Assembly (NCBI GenBank): GCA_965228855.1
Contig: CBDDIJ010000004.1
Location: 1-64,000 of the forward strand
DNA from: Candidatus Obscuribacterales bacterium
GTDB lineage: Bacteria > Cyanobacteriota > Vampirovibrionia > Obscuribacterales > Obscuribacteraceae
Length of the DNA: 64,000 bases
Direction of reading: 5' to 3'
Under the pieces are notes generated by a model that was not told where the DNA came from, ran no database searches, and saw nothing but the letters and a program-made list of their open reading frames with translations. Made by a program: the position numbers and the translations under genes. This document shows, in pieces, positions 12,532 to 26,100 of the stretch (position 1 is the first letter of the stretch; the number at the start of each line of letters is the position of its first letter).

Positions 12532-13151
12532 AATGATAGTAAGATGTTCTCAACTGTATCTTAATCATAATTCAAGGCTGGATAACTATACAATATTGAT
12601 TTGAAGGTTTGGATGATCCAGCAATAAATATATTAAATGATGATTAGTGTTAACATCATTTACTGTGAGTTTTTTATTATTGGCTTTTATACTTAACATT
12701 ATTATGGTATACAACTGTTTAAATTCAAGCTACTAGTCTGCATATTATTTTAATTTGGCACTTTTTATGAAACATTTTATCGCCTTTTATTAAATTTGAT
12801 TTTACTATTATTTTTATAATTTAATTTTTGATTTATGTTAAAGAATTTAAATTTGATACTTATATTTTACTTAATTTAATTTAAAGAAAGTCTAATTGAA
12901 AACGACAAAATGTTTCATAAAAAGTGTCAAATTAAAATAATATGAAGACTAGTAGCTTGAATTTAAACAGTTGTATACCATAATAATGTTAAGTATAAAA
13001 GCCAATAATAAAAAACTCACAGTAAATGATGTTAACACTAATCATCGTTTAATATATTTATTGCTGGATCATCCAAACCTTCAAATCAATATTGTATAGT
13101 TATCCAGCCTTGAATTATGACAAAGACACAATTGAAAATCTTACTATCATT
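12532..13151. repeat. Long inverted repeat (foldback): arms 12532-12782 and 12903-13151, ~120-bp spacer
   Basis: Arms are near-identical reverse complements, e.g. TTCAAGGCTGGATAACTATACAATATTG versus CAATATTGTATAGTTATCCAGCCTTGAA. Confidence 0.95.
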
Positions 13152-13486
13152 TCTTTATATTTTCTATAAAAATTTTGTTAAAATATTTAATTCACGATAT
13201 CATCTCTTTTTTAATTTATTATTTGATCAACATAGAAAATTATACATTAAATAGAATGAAATAGCTAAAATAAAGAGCTTAACCAAGAAAATCAAATTTC
13301 CAAACAAATTTCGCTCAGAAGAGAAAGTTTGCTCAGTCAACATATACACCAAAATGTTAATTTAAAAGTAGAGTAACTTGTTATATCTAAGTGAGCAGCC
13401 ATTACTATAAAACCAAATAAAAGTATGAGTTTATTGTATAAAAAGATTAGTTTATGATCTTTAAATTTAAATAGAGCAACTAAATA

Positions 13487-14349
13487 ATGACTTTATGAAG
13501 TAACCCGAATATATCATCTAAAATTAAGTCTTTTTCACGCCAAGTGAATTCCACACTAGCAATTCACTCAAAGACTCAAATAAGTAAAGGTCATCAATTT
13601 GAGTAAGTATAAAAGAGCATGTAAAATATTATAATAATTTGCATTCCTATCTAGTATTGACTCTGATTTATTCGTTGTTGAGATTAATAAATTTTAACAC
13701 TTTATATCCTAAATTATGAGTTAATGATTATTTAAAAAGTCAAGAAAAAATCAAAATGGTGAACGACTTCCAATTTATTTGTGAGCTCAATACAAGAGAG
13801 GAATACAGATTTAACTTAAAATTATGAACTTCTAAGCATCTATTATTACTAAATCTTCATCAATTTTTAGCTTGCAAATGGGAATTCAGAACGACACTTT
13901 GATAAATGAAAGAAAAGTTATGATGTACAAAGATCTTGGTATTTAAGCTGTTTAACTTTTAGATTTTAAACATCCCTCACTACGATCTGGAAACAGTGCA
14001 ACAAAAGACTACAAACGCAGTTCGGTTGATAATTTTATTAGATGGAAGAACAAAATCAGCAATTCTTTATCTTTCAAAAAGAATATCAAGTATAATACTG
14101 AGCAAAAAGATAAAAAGAATAAATTTATTATAAACTCTGTTGCTAAGAAGCTTATATTTAGTAAAGAATCTCCTTGTAAGAACATCTATCTTTATTTTTT
14201 ACTAATTATTATTTAATAGTTCAAGCATCACTGAAAGAAAAAGATGCTGATGAGGAAAATAATGCATTTAAAGAATCCATATCAACTTTTTGAAATCACC
14301 GATCACCTACAAATTCTCATTTCTAACTAAAAGATATCAAGTGAATTAA
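13487..14349 (+). CDS. Hypothetical multi-exon protein; boundaries uncertain
   Basis: Coding-like segments separated by GTAAG..TAG introns; TGA-Cys needed; no recognisable domain. Confidence 0.3.
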
Positions 14350-14579
14350 TTTCGGAATTCAAATTAAAAATAGTTAAATTTGTTTATCACTTTTGTAAAA
14401 AAACTGTTGAATGTTTTATAAAAGCAATGAAAATAATATTTTGTTATAACTCATCAATTAATTTATTTCAAGGCTATTTAGATTCTATCAACACTTTGCT
14501 AGAGATGATTTTATTAATACGCTTTTATCAATGAAGAAATAATAAAAGAGATTACATATTCAATACTTTATTGTCGAAT

Positions 14580-17500
14580 ACCTCCATTTAAATTGAATAA
14601 GCGTTTGATTATTATATCAATCAGCTGTTATGGAAAAATTCTTTTGACTTTGAGTCTCTCTACAGATCCGATTCTATTTGCAGGTCTAGATGTTGTAATT
14701 GATATCTCTGTTGTCTGAAAGTTTGACGCTAATTTTGGATTGTTTCCCTGCAGTTCATCTAGTTTTATTAGCTAAGAAATAATGGTAAAAAAAGTAAATA
14801 ATGCTTTAACTTACAATAACAAGGTAGTTTTGATTTTGACTTTGATCTAAATAATTACTCAATATTCCTTACCTATCTAAGTTGTTTGACCTTTTGATTT
14901 TATCTAAATTTTTTAATATTCTTGCATTTTTAATTGACTCCTTGCTTTCTTTTTGCTTATTAATACAATTTTTCAAAAATGAGGTTTTTGGTTCAAATAT
15001 ATTAAGTAGGCTTGGCGTTAGAACATTAGAGCAGTTTGCAATATTTGTTTTCTTTGTACTATGTCTTTGGAGCATAAGTCTATCTGGGTGTTTATTTTCT
15101 CGCTCCATAACTTTTGATTTTAGAGTTGAGGCTATTGACATAATTGCTTCACATGAATCATTATTCCTAAAGTATTTTCACCGTTTGCTTACTTTCCCTC
15201 TCTGCTTGTATTCTTGTACAAATCAATTGATGTTGCATTTATAACATTTTTCTTGTGAGCATTACTTTTGAACTTCATTTTAATATTGCTTGAACTACGA
15301 GTAAAAGCATTAATTTGGCTTCCTTTTCGCTTTAGTATCTTTTGCTCAATATTAATTCAACTTATTTGTTGTGGATCTAATGAATTTGTTATCAATTAGA
15401 AGATCATTGAATTACCTTCAATTCTTGTGAGCATCCTCACTGGAGATTTATGTTTCTTAATAGCTAAAGAGCTCAGTTTATTCTTAGTAAACTGATTTAT
15501 CTCTAAAGAGTTTTGCGATTTATTTTGTTCTTTTAAATTTGATTTCGTTTCGTATGCTTTTCTAGCAGATGTCTTTTCAATAGATTTATTTGTAATCAAC
15601 TTTCTCTCCTTTCAATTTCCTTGATGTAGCATTACGGCGTGGTGTTGCTTTGGAGCTCATTTGATATTCCTAACACTGTTTTCTTCAGAAATTTGAATAA
15701 CTTTCTAAATAAATATTAGTTATAATCTAACGGCAAGCTTGGATACCTTTTTGTTTCTACTGTCCTTTTTATTGGACCAGACTTCCTCAAAGTCAATATT
15801 GGAGAGTTTATTTCTGAGTATAGTTGAGATCAGTGAGGATTCTTTCTTGAATTCTGTTCTTGATCTTCTTACTCGTATGATCTCTAAATATTAAATTGTT
15901 ACGAATTACTTGTCCACCTTTACATCAGAAAGCTTGAGATCTTTCTTTGTTGATCAAGAATCAAACGATTTCATTGAGACTAGATCTGATCATAGGTTAT
16001 CTACGGATATCATTTGAGATGCTCCTTCTTGTTTTATGATAGCAGATGGCTCATTTGCATGACTTATAGTGTCTTCTAATCACACTAAGGGATTCATCTC
16101 TGATGTGTTGGAAATTGGGAGAATCTTATGATTAATCCTATGCTCAGTTTCGAAATTATCAATATCTCACTCGTCTAACATTGGAGGTTTTTCGTTGTTC
16201 AGGAATTTCTTTTTGAGCTCATTATAGTACACATTTGGTCTATTTTAAATTTGCCTCAGAATTGTAAGTCTCCTTCAAAAACTTCACATGATCTTGCTTT
16301 GAATGATTTCCATGAGTAACGTATGGGAAATTATGCTGAGCTCCAAGCTTAGTTTTACAACTAATTTGCTTTTGCACTTCTAACACTATATTAATATCCG
16401 CGTAAGCAACATAAATGAAGGTTGAGTTATACCATAGGATTCACTATTTTCTGGGGAATCAATTGCTTCAAGATCTATAATTTGAACTTTTGAACTATCT
16501 TGTGATGCAATATCTTCGTTACTTTGAAATAATCTAAATTGGTTAGTTACAATGAACTAATATTATGCTTACAAGATCATCATTGCTCAGCTCGGCTCTA
16601 AATCTTCCTTTAGTGTTTGTTGTCACCATGCTGTTACTTATGTGAAGAATCGATATGTGCTCTTGATATTACTCATTCAGAATCAGGCTTGTTAATTCTT
16701 TCAACAGTCAGATATTCAGCATTTGCATCTAAAGAGGAAAAATAGCTCTTAAAAATATTATAATATCAAGAATGATAAAGCACTTATAATACTACTACTT
16801 ACTGTTATATTTATCATGGTTACTTTTTGTCTCAATAAATGAGAATTTGACAGTTGAGCTAAATTTGCTTGAATTTTGACTTTCTGTTTCTTTTCAAATG
16901 CTTTTATTTGTCGGTTCTAAGTATTCCTTTGGGATTCCTAGATCACATTGCATTTGCAAAGCATATTTATTAGTAAAATAAAGTAAATTATTACAGTCCT
17001 CAACTTCTATTTCTCAATCTGCATCGTCTTGTAATTCATTCTCATCAATTGTCAAAAACTTTTGGGGAATTAGTCGAAGCAAGTCTTTTGTTTTCTAAAT
17101 TATATTCGTTATTATTTCCAAGAGAAAAGAAATTAGTTCAAAATTCATAAGTTTAATAGAAAATCTAAATTAGAATGCTATATAGCATATGCAATAATTA
17201 TAAATTCAACGGTGGTTTAGTTTTACAGTAATAATGCATCATTTAAGTTGTTCTGCTGACAAGTTTCTCTCTTTATTTTTGTAATTTAGACTCTGCTTCC
17301 ATTCACCTATTCTAATTATATGCAAAAAATTACAATTTCTTAATTCACTCTTCGATTTTGGCAGAGACTGATTGTTGCTCAAAAGCCTGCTTGTATGTTT
17401 TTTGAATGGTAAATATGTCTGCTAAAAACTTGGAGTCGAGTGGATCTCACAGATTAAAGTGGTTATACCTAAATTTATTTTATAATTAGAGTATAAAATT

Positions 17501-17587
17501 AAAAGTCATCATTTATAAACCCAAAACAAACCTAATACATTAAAAGTATGAGGATAATTACATTTCTCCTAGTATTTGGATGTTCAT
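14580..17587 (-). CDS. Hypothetical large low-complexity protein, many short introns, +1 frameshift at AAA-TAG 16245-16240; 3' end approximate
   Basis: Frame ...ETYNSEANLK[TAG] resumes at +1 as RPNVYYNELKKKFLNNEKPPMLD... Introns of 39 and 26 nt join ORFs 15396-15599 and 14869-15141. Confidence 0.55.
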
Positions 17588-18259
17588 CTTTATTTTATAA
17601 ATTTATTATTTAACAGCTAATTTTTAACGTCAGCAACGCAATTGATAAATTGTGTATTCCTAATTGTTTGATGAATTTTAATGCTATATTAGTTACAATA
17701 ATTTTATATATTCAAAATTACAAGTTATATTCAGTAATTAAAAATATTGAATTTTAAAAACATAATTACAAATCAGGAAGCTATAATCATGCTCAGGTAC
17801 ATAACTAAAAGATCCTACAAATCATAAAACTTGCGTTTAGTTTACAAAACTGCAAAAACAGAATCTTAATGTGTTAGTTCATTTTATTAAAGAGAAGTCC
17901 AAAATCAATTAGATTTGACTATTTTATCTTCTTTTTGCTATGTATTTGAGCCTCACTTGCAATAAGTCTGACTCTTTCATTTGTGATTCCATAAAAGAGG
18001 TCAACTCTTACATATCTAAAGAGGTTTAACAGGTAAAAGAAATAGCTTTAAAGCAAAACTGATTTTATTGAGAAAAATACTTACCTTAAGTACGATAGAG
18101 CAATTGCATAAAGATTGTTGTTAATCACTAATCAAACATTTTTTACTAATAATAATTATTTTTATTAAATATTCAACTGCAAACCAACTGTGCTTTATGA
18201 TTAATATCAAAATTCATTCAACATTATATTCTTTTTATTAGTTTATTACTAAACTAATT

Positions 18260-18972
18260 TTCTAAAATATTGCCATCACTACATTTTAAGTGCATTTGAG
18301 TCATTCAACCCTGAATATATGCTAAAATCCAATAAAATTAAATATTTCAGCATAAATATTAACATTTATTTTCAATTAATTTAAATTTGCCTGATTTTCA
18401 TAAAACTGATTTGTTCTTTGGCACAACAATTTTAATAGCTGAAATTGGAACTTCAAAGCTTTGTCCATTTGCAAGTAAAATCTTCGTCATTGTCAGATTA
18501 TCAAGGAGTGAAATCTATACATAAATATAAATGATTTGCTGAGTGAAATGATTTTACCCTTCACACAGTCTTTGCAAGCTTACTCATCTTTAAGAGGATA
18601 TTTATTAGTAAGTAAATCGATGCTCCCAATGAAGCTCTAAAATGCCAAACAACAGGATATGCATACCAATACATATATCATGTTGATATTATTGCTGGGT
18701 AAAAGAAGAACTTCGGCCAGTATCGCTGTGCTGAAAAAGAAAGAGCTGATGGAACAGTATCAAGCACCAATCACTCTCCTTTCTCATTGAAAATTAAAGG
18801 ATCTTCAAGCGGTACAAAGAATTCGTTTTGTATGAGCTTATTTATAATTGTCTTCTTCAAATCCTTCGAACCCATGGTTTTCTAAGTAGTTTGCTTGAGG
18901 AAATGAATACAAAAATTTGGTATTGTTTTTGAAGCAACGCAAACTCCTGAATACCTTGACTCCTGAAATCAT
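18260..18972 (-). CDS. Putative membrane protein, possibly mitochondrial, with +1 frameshift at AAA-TAA 18843-18838; 3' end approximate
   Basis: MISGVKVFRSLRCFKNNTKFLY (targeting-peptide-like)...EDNYK[TAA], then +1 KLIQNEFFVPLEDPLIF... followed by two hydrophobic segments. Confidence 0.55.
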
Positions 18973-19171
18973 TTTTAATTTATAATATTTATAAATAATC
19001 AATAATTAATGACCATAAAGCTCATACAATCTAAGCTAAAATTTTAATTACCTAACTGAGACTGAAAATAGTATTTTCACCATACTAAAAACAATATAAA
19101 ATAACTTCCTTAAGTTAATATGAAAATTAACAGTACCTTCCGAAAATATTGATTATATAATAAAAGGAAAA

Positions 19172-21339
19172 ATGCTTAATAGGAAAGAACTGTTCCATCG
19201 AAATCTTATAGAAGAACAGCACGAAACTCCCATTCCAGAGGCTTCTGGTGTCCAAAATAACGAAGGAAACGGGACCCATCCATATGTCACTCAAAATAAT
19301 AACAATATTGGTCCGTCACAAGTTCGAGGAGTTTCTGCTACTGAAACTCTATTCAGAGAGGACGCAGGATTAAGTGGAATTACAAACGGAATTAATATTG
19401 TTACTGGCAATAGATCGCAAAGCAGCAATATTAGCCAGAGACTTCAGAATAATAAAAAAGACAATAAAACTGTAAAAAGAGTACAAGGGAAGTTTATTAA
19501 ATAACGAAGTACTTGCTTCAGATGAACTTAATAAAAATCTCTCGCAAACTGTCCAAACTACAAAAGAAGAGGAGGTGCTTCCTGGCTCCTCTTGATTCAA
19601 GCATAGAGCAGATATGGAGGCGAAATAAAGAGCAGGCGGCTAAGATGAACCAGAATAACAAGCAATATTTGTTAGGCAAAAATTATAATATGTGCCAACA
19701 GAAAGGAGTTAACGCAAACAATCAACCTTATTTAGATCAACGGAAGAAGAGTCCGATAAACGCAAATCAGCTTCATTCTACCAATTCTGAGACAAATGAT
19801 AAATCAAATCAGCCGTGTAGCTTCAACCTGTTCAGAAGTCAAAGAAGTAAGTTAATTCAGCAGCAAAAGGAGAAGTTCAGGCACAAGTATTCGAAAATTA
19901 CAAGCGATTCAAAACAACAAAAGGATGACTCAATTAAGCTTGACCCACTCATAAATCCATCACGATTATGTTTTAGCAAAACAAAAGTTCCCGATGATTT
20001 CAAAATTATTGGAGATCAGTCAAAATCTAAGATACTTAGAACAAAAGAAAAACCTGGGCAGCTTCAAACAAATAATGGTTACGATTTTCAAGGTAGATTG
20101 GAATCCAATCAAACTAATGACTCAACAATTCAGAAGCACAGCTCGGACTATAAAATTAAGTACAAGCGAGGAATGAAGGCCGAGGCAGAACCTGAAGACT
20201 CAAAAAGGGCAAATACATCAGATTTCTTCATTGGTAGAAGAAGCGAAGTTGTCAGGAATAATCAAGATTTATCACTAGGTAATCCTCAAATTAACGTAAT
20301 TATCAAATGCTATCAGTTAAGCTTAGAATATTTAAACAACTCTTGAATTGTTACATTGAATATATAAATACTTAGATTTTGTGATAAATTTGATATGCAT
20401 ATCTTTAGAATACTCCTTATATTCATATAAACCTAAGTAAATGTAGTTTGATATTACATTACTAAATAAAATTTAAATGATACAATCTATACTTCTTAAA
20501 ACTCTTTGATTAAAGGCATAAAAATAAAAAACTTGGAATAATATTTGTGTCGATCTTAATAAAATATAAAATAAATTATCGAGAATTAAATTGTTCTAAT
20601 CTGGTAAAAGAAAACGAAATTGAAGAAATAAAAGAAGACAACTACTTCCCAAATATTTTTGCAATTGAGAAAACAGAAGAAGATGTAAATGCATACACTG
20701 TTGTTGAGTCGGTTCCTCATAAGCTTCCTGATCTCAGCAACAAGTACAGGAAGTTACTAAAGGATTCTAGTAGTGATGGCTCTTTCAAAAATAAAAATAA
20801 CAATGATATTGGAGATAGTCACAGAGAACAGGAGATTAAAGGAACAACAATGAAAGATTATGAGTTTGATAAGAATGACAACTATGATATGTTCTCGAAT
20901 AACGTCAATAGAAGCAGGAGCATGCTTAATCGGTTCAATCAGACTAACAATACTACTGATTCTAGAGTTGCTTCCAAGAGCAAGATTCTTTCCAATTCAA
21001 AGCTATAAATTCTAAGTTATCAAAAGAAGATATGTCGAGCTATTCTCCTCAAAGAGGATTGAATAGTGGAGGAGGAACTAAAAAGAAGGTAATTAATGCT
21101 TAAATGCTTATTTCTAATCATAACTAATATTTAAATATATTTGAACAATCTAAAATAATCATTTTCAGCTTTTAATCTTTCCGTTTTAGCATGGCAAGAA
21201 AATCATCAGCAAGCATATGATAATACTAAAATCAATAAAGAAGAAGCTAAATATGCAGGGATTTTTAAAGGAGGACTCTTCTTCTCAAGATGACGAAAAA
21301 TTAATTAGTAAGTCAGACAGCAAACAGTTGCGAAGATAA
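19172..21339 (+). CDS. Hypothetical Asn/Gln/Ser-rich protein with two +1 frameshifts (19499-19504, 19623-19628) and a probable +2 shift (CTA-TAA 21003-21008)
   Basis: ORF 19172-19504 ends AAA TAA. The +1 frame runs 41 codons to a second AAA TAA, whose +1 frame is ORF 19513-20346. The join across ~20296-20600 is unresolved. The last exon ends at TAA 21339. Confidence 0.65.
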
Positions 21340-23150
21340 CATTAATACAGCTATTCATACTGAATATCATAATTAGCATCTATTAGCATTTATAGATTAA
21401 CTTTAAATTTGATTATTGGGGTTGATTTTGATTAGCCTTAAAATCTAATATCTCTTCTTGATCGCATATTATTTTCAATACTAAAAATATATATTTATAT
21501 TATTCGATTTTATTTTGTGAAGGTGTATATTCGCATTTCTTTTATTATTTTTTAATAAACAGTATTCATATTTTTATGCTTCATTTTATTTTTAATATTC
21601 GTTTTTATTAAGCATGCTTTTCTTAAAGGTTTTAGCATAAAATAGCAAAAAAGGTAATTTATTAAAAAATTTCATTATTTTAAAGCATTAAACAAATTAT
21701 TTGCATTTATACAATAAACTTATTAGAGCCCAAAATGCTAATATTTTTTTATTTATAATTAAATTTAGTCTTAAATAAAACTTTATCAAGCTTTTAAATT
21801 TTATTCTATTATATTATCTTATTTATTTTATTAAAAAAGAAATTGATGCAATGCTTCAATTATTCGAGTTTGCTTTAATTCTTATGAGTAATTTTAACTC
21901 AATATATTATCGTATTCAATACTGTCCAGTTCCCTTTGAATTTTTCAAAATTTCAGAAATCGACAATTTTATTTAACAAAATTTTTACCTAAAAAAATAT
22001 TTATTAGAGATTACTTAGAAATGATTTGTTTTCTTTCTCTCTTTAGGTATGATATCAGAATAATCAAGTATACAATAGTTATTTTTTGGAGAAATCTCCT
22101 CATCAGCTTACTATTGTATGCTTTCAATGAAATTAGTCTCAGTAATGTGCTTTTCATCTTTTCCTTCTACATTCAGCCATTTAAAGTTAATAGCATTTTC
22201 ATAATTATCAAGATCAGCTTTTGTTCAGTAAACTCCATATCAATCAGCTGATTCTCTTAATCATCATTTTCCTCAAGTTATTGCTATTATATTAGATTTA
22301 AGCTTTTGCTTACTGCTTTTGAAATAGAAGCCTATTTTAATCGAACATACGAGGGCTTGTGTGTTTTGACTCCATTGCTACAAGATTAAACAATTCTGAT
22401 GCGATTTAAATCGCATAGATTTCATATTTGTTAATATTCTAAAAATAATGATGACAAACTTTAAAAATAGCATGACTCAAAATTAAATTGATTGCTAATT
22501 TTTACTAAAAGTTGTAAAATTTTAGATTATAAAATCATCTTTGTAATGTCCCTCCAAAAATTTTGGTAAAATGTCGATCGTTTAGAGGGGACTAGACAGC
22601 GTCGAATATAGAAATATAATTAGATTTTATATCTTAAATAATAAGTTATGAAATTTATTTGATGGAAATCCGATTGACCCCTGAGCTTATTTAATTATTT
22701 ATAATAAATAAAGATAAAAATAATGGTTCCCTTAGTAAGCATAAACCAACGGTGAAGACGACAATGTAGATAGCAATGATGACGAAGATGATTGGATCAA
22801 ATTTTTATAGAATTGTGAAATAAGAATGAATATAGTGCTTTTGTAATATTCAAAAAAACAAAAAGCATATGCTTTATTCCTTTGGATTGTTTTCCAGACG
22901 GATCACTTGGATGAAATCAAGCTCTTGAAGTCAACTTTGAGAATGTTCTTTACATCCAAAACACATCCTCACAAATCTCTTGGATAATAGGAACTGCACC
23001 ATATCCTCGTATATCTCAGCTTTAATAGTAATTCTTGTCATATTGAACTCAGTGTTCAATTAATCTTTTAACTTATTTATAACTATATTATCCTTGAAAT
23101 GTATATAAATTATATTTACATATGAATGAATTGAATCTATAAATAAAATA

Positions 23151-26100
23151 TTACATTGTTAAATCTAGAGGATAGTCTTCTTTTGGGATCTCGAGTTCAC
23201 CATTCCTGAACTCGTTTGCTATTGTTTGAAGGATGAAGTAGTATTTTGCATATTCGGCTCCTCGAATGTGAAGCTTATAATCGATCAGTTCTAAGAATAT
23301 CTTTTCTAATGTATTAACCTCTTTTAAGGTAATATCAGGCATAACTTGAGGGAAATGGATGTTCTCTAAAGAGTCATCATCCCATACTTTACTAGCAATT
23401 ATTAAAACAACTAGTACAATTCTTCTCCAATTCCAATGATTTAGTAACATACCTGTTGAAGTCATGAATCTTTCAATATAAACTAATGCCATTAACGGTA
23501 TTTCTTTTTCCATTTTTGAAGCAAGAACAACATATTTACAATAGTAATAAACCTCTTCTTCAGTTGGTTTATATTGGAGGAATGGAAAAGAAGGAATATC
23601 ACCACATTCATCAAGAGCCATTCCATCAATTTCAAAATTAAAATTAAAGTGAAATAGATACATTTGTGCTTCAATATAATCTTTAAACGTCTCTTTATTT
23701 TTAGGATCAAGGAACATTTCCTGACTTTCATAGAGATTAGTTTGTTCAAGCTCGGATTGATGATGATAATCCGACTCAAGATCTTGGTTAAGAATTCGTA
23801 TTCTCTCTATCTGCTCAATCTCATATTGCTGATCTTTTATATTTGATGGATTACCATCACCAGCCTTATCTGATTTTTGAGTTACAGGAGTTTCAACCTC
23901 GATATAGAAATCTTCTTCACGTTCTAAATCTTCTTCTCTATCTAAATCTTCCTCACTCTTGTTCTCTTCATCTTCTGGGAGTTTATAAGGCTTAACTGGC
24001 AATCGATTTTCCTGTATATTGACTGAGGATTTTTCTTCTTCGAGTTTACTTTCTTCTTGATTTCTTTTGGATTTAAGTCCAGAAACCAAATTCACGCTAT
24101 TGAACTGATTATATCCCTTAACGCTTGCATTTGTTTGAGAGTATGCGAGTGAGTTGCTTAATGTTGCTCCAGTATGTGTTCCTAACATTCCGTCAAAATT
24201 CCCTGAAATTATCTGAGATTCTGATCTTTTATTAGATGCGACCTGCACTTTATCTTTCGATCATGTTTGAGGATTTTGATTTGAATTATGGTTCACATTA
24301 TTTAAAAATGTGGATATTAAGCAATTAGTTTGTTCTGGGTTAAGCGTACTATCCCCAATTCCTCTTGATTCTGGATCGCTTTCCTCAAAATTCTCCTGTT
24401 TAAAACTTCGATTTTTGTTATGATCATTTAGACTTTTCATGAATTCTTCTAAATGTGCTTGACTATATTCAATTTCTTCATCATCGGCATCCTCTTCTTT
24501 TCTTTCATAATTATCTTCAAGATAACTTTCTTTATCTGAATAATAGTTAGTTTAAATTTTTATATAAATGAAATATTTACTTTGATCTTTTATTTGATAT
24601 TCAAAAACTTTTCCTTCTTTCTTCGATTGTTCTTTTGGAGCAGATGACTCTCCAAATATTTCGGTGATCTTTTCAAAGTTTTGGTTTTTCTTAATTTCTC
24701 CCTCCTTCCGCATCTTTTCCTTTGTTGCAGAATCTACTGGAGCTGCATTTGGTAGATTAATCTTCATATCTCTTCCAAGACCGTAAGAGAACCTAAAGTT
24801 ATTATTGAATAATCTTACTTTATAGATTCTTCTTCGGGAATTCCATGCTCTTTGTATATTTCTTTGGTGATAAACTTTAGATCTTCTAAAAACAAAAATC
24901 CTTCAGAGAACTCAATATGTTTGCAAATAGCCTTTGAGAATCATTTAAGTAACCTTCTGATGTCGATATTACCAATTGCTTGATTTATATGTTTTGAGTC
25001 TAAACTTTGACCAAGCAGTTTTAGCTTTTCTTTTGTAGTTTTATCAAGCATTGGAGATGGAGGAACAGATCGATTTATTTCTTCTTGACTTGGTGTTATA
25101 TCAGCAATAACTACTGTGCTCCCATCTAAATGATCATTATTTTTATATGCAGATGTGAACCTGTTTGGCTCAAATTTGCTTGGAGTTACAACTGGAGATT
25201 CCTTTTGAATTATACTTTTATCATTTTTTTGAGTATATGAACTATGCCCACCTTTACTTTTTATTGAAGAAGATCAAGATTTATTCTGATTTGGCTTATC
25301 TAGATAATCTTCAGCTAACTGATTTGCTAATTTTTCTTGCAAAAACTTAGCTCTATCGTTAATTCCTTTTAACTGCTTTTCAAAACTTTCATTATCGATA
25401 GTTGTACCGCCTTGATCTTCTGAAATCTTAGTCTGTTGTTCATCTTCTGACTTTTTGCTAGTTTCATTAATTGGTCGTTTTTGAGCTTGAACTCCTCTTC
25501 AAATCTCTACATTAACTTAAAGATAAATTTGTAAAATGAATCTCTTACCATCTTGAGGATCTTCAATGTCAAAATCTTCCTCATAATCTTCATTGATTTC
25601 GAATGCCTCTTTATCATCATTGTCAAAATTTTGTTCATATCTTGACTTTGCAAGCTCTGTATTTCTTTTTGATAGTTCTGAAGTTTCTTCAGTTTTACTA
25701 TCTTTTGTTTCATAATTAGTTCCGTCTATATTATCATTAAAGGTGAGAAATAAAGATTTATTAACCTTGAATTTGATTGTGAATTGCAAGATCCTCTTGA
25801 GTATCAATCTTTGGTTCCATGTCGCCAAGATCTTCCTGCTTATCTTCAAGATCCGCACTTGTTTTAGCATCTCTTTCAGGAGCTGAAATATCACTTTCAC
25901 TAGGCCTCGATTTGTCTTCCATTGGCTTGCGTTTATTTTTGGTGCATTGTCTGAGTTTCTCTCTTCCTCTTTTTAACCAGTTCTTTTTTATTTCTGCTGC
26001 TTGTCTACTTGTTCTTTCTTGGCAACCTTTTGCTTGCTTACTTCCTCCTTCTTTTTAGCAATTTCGATTCTTTGCTTAGCTCGATTTTGAGCAATGATGA

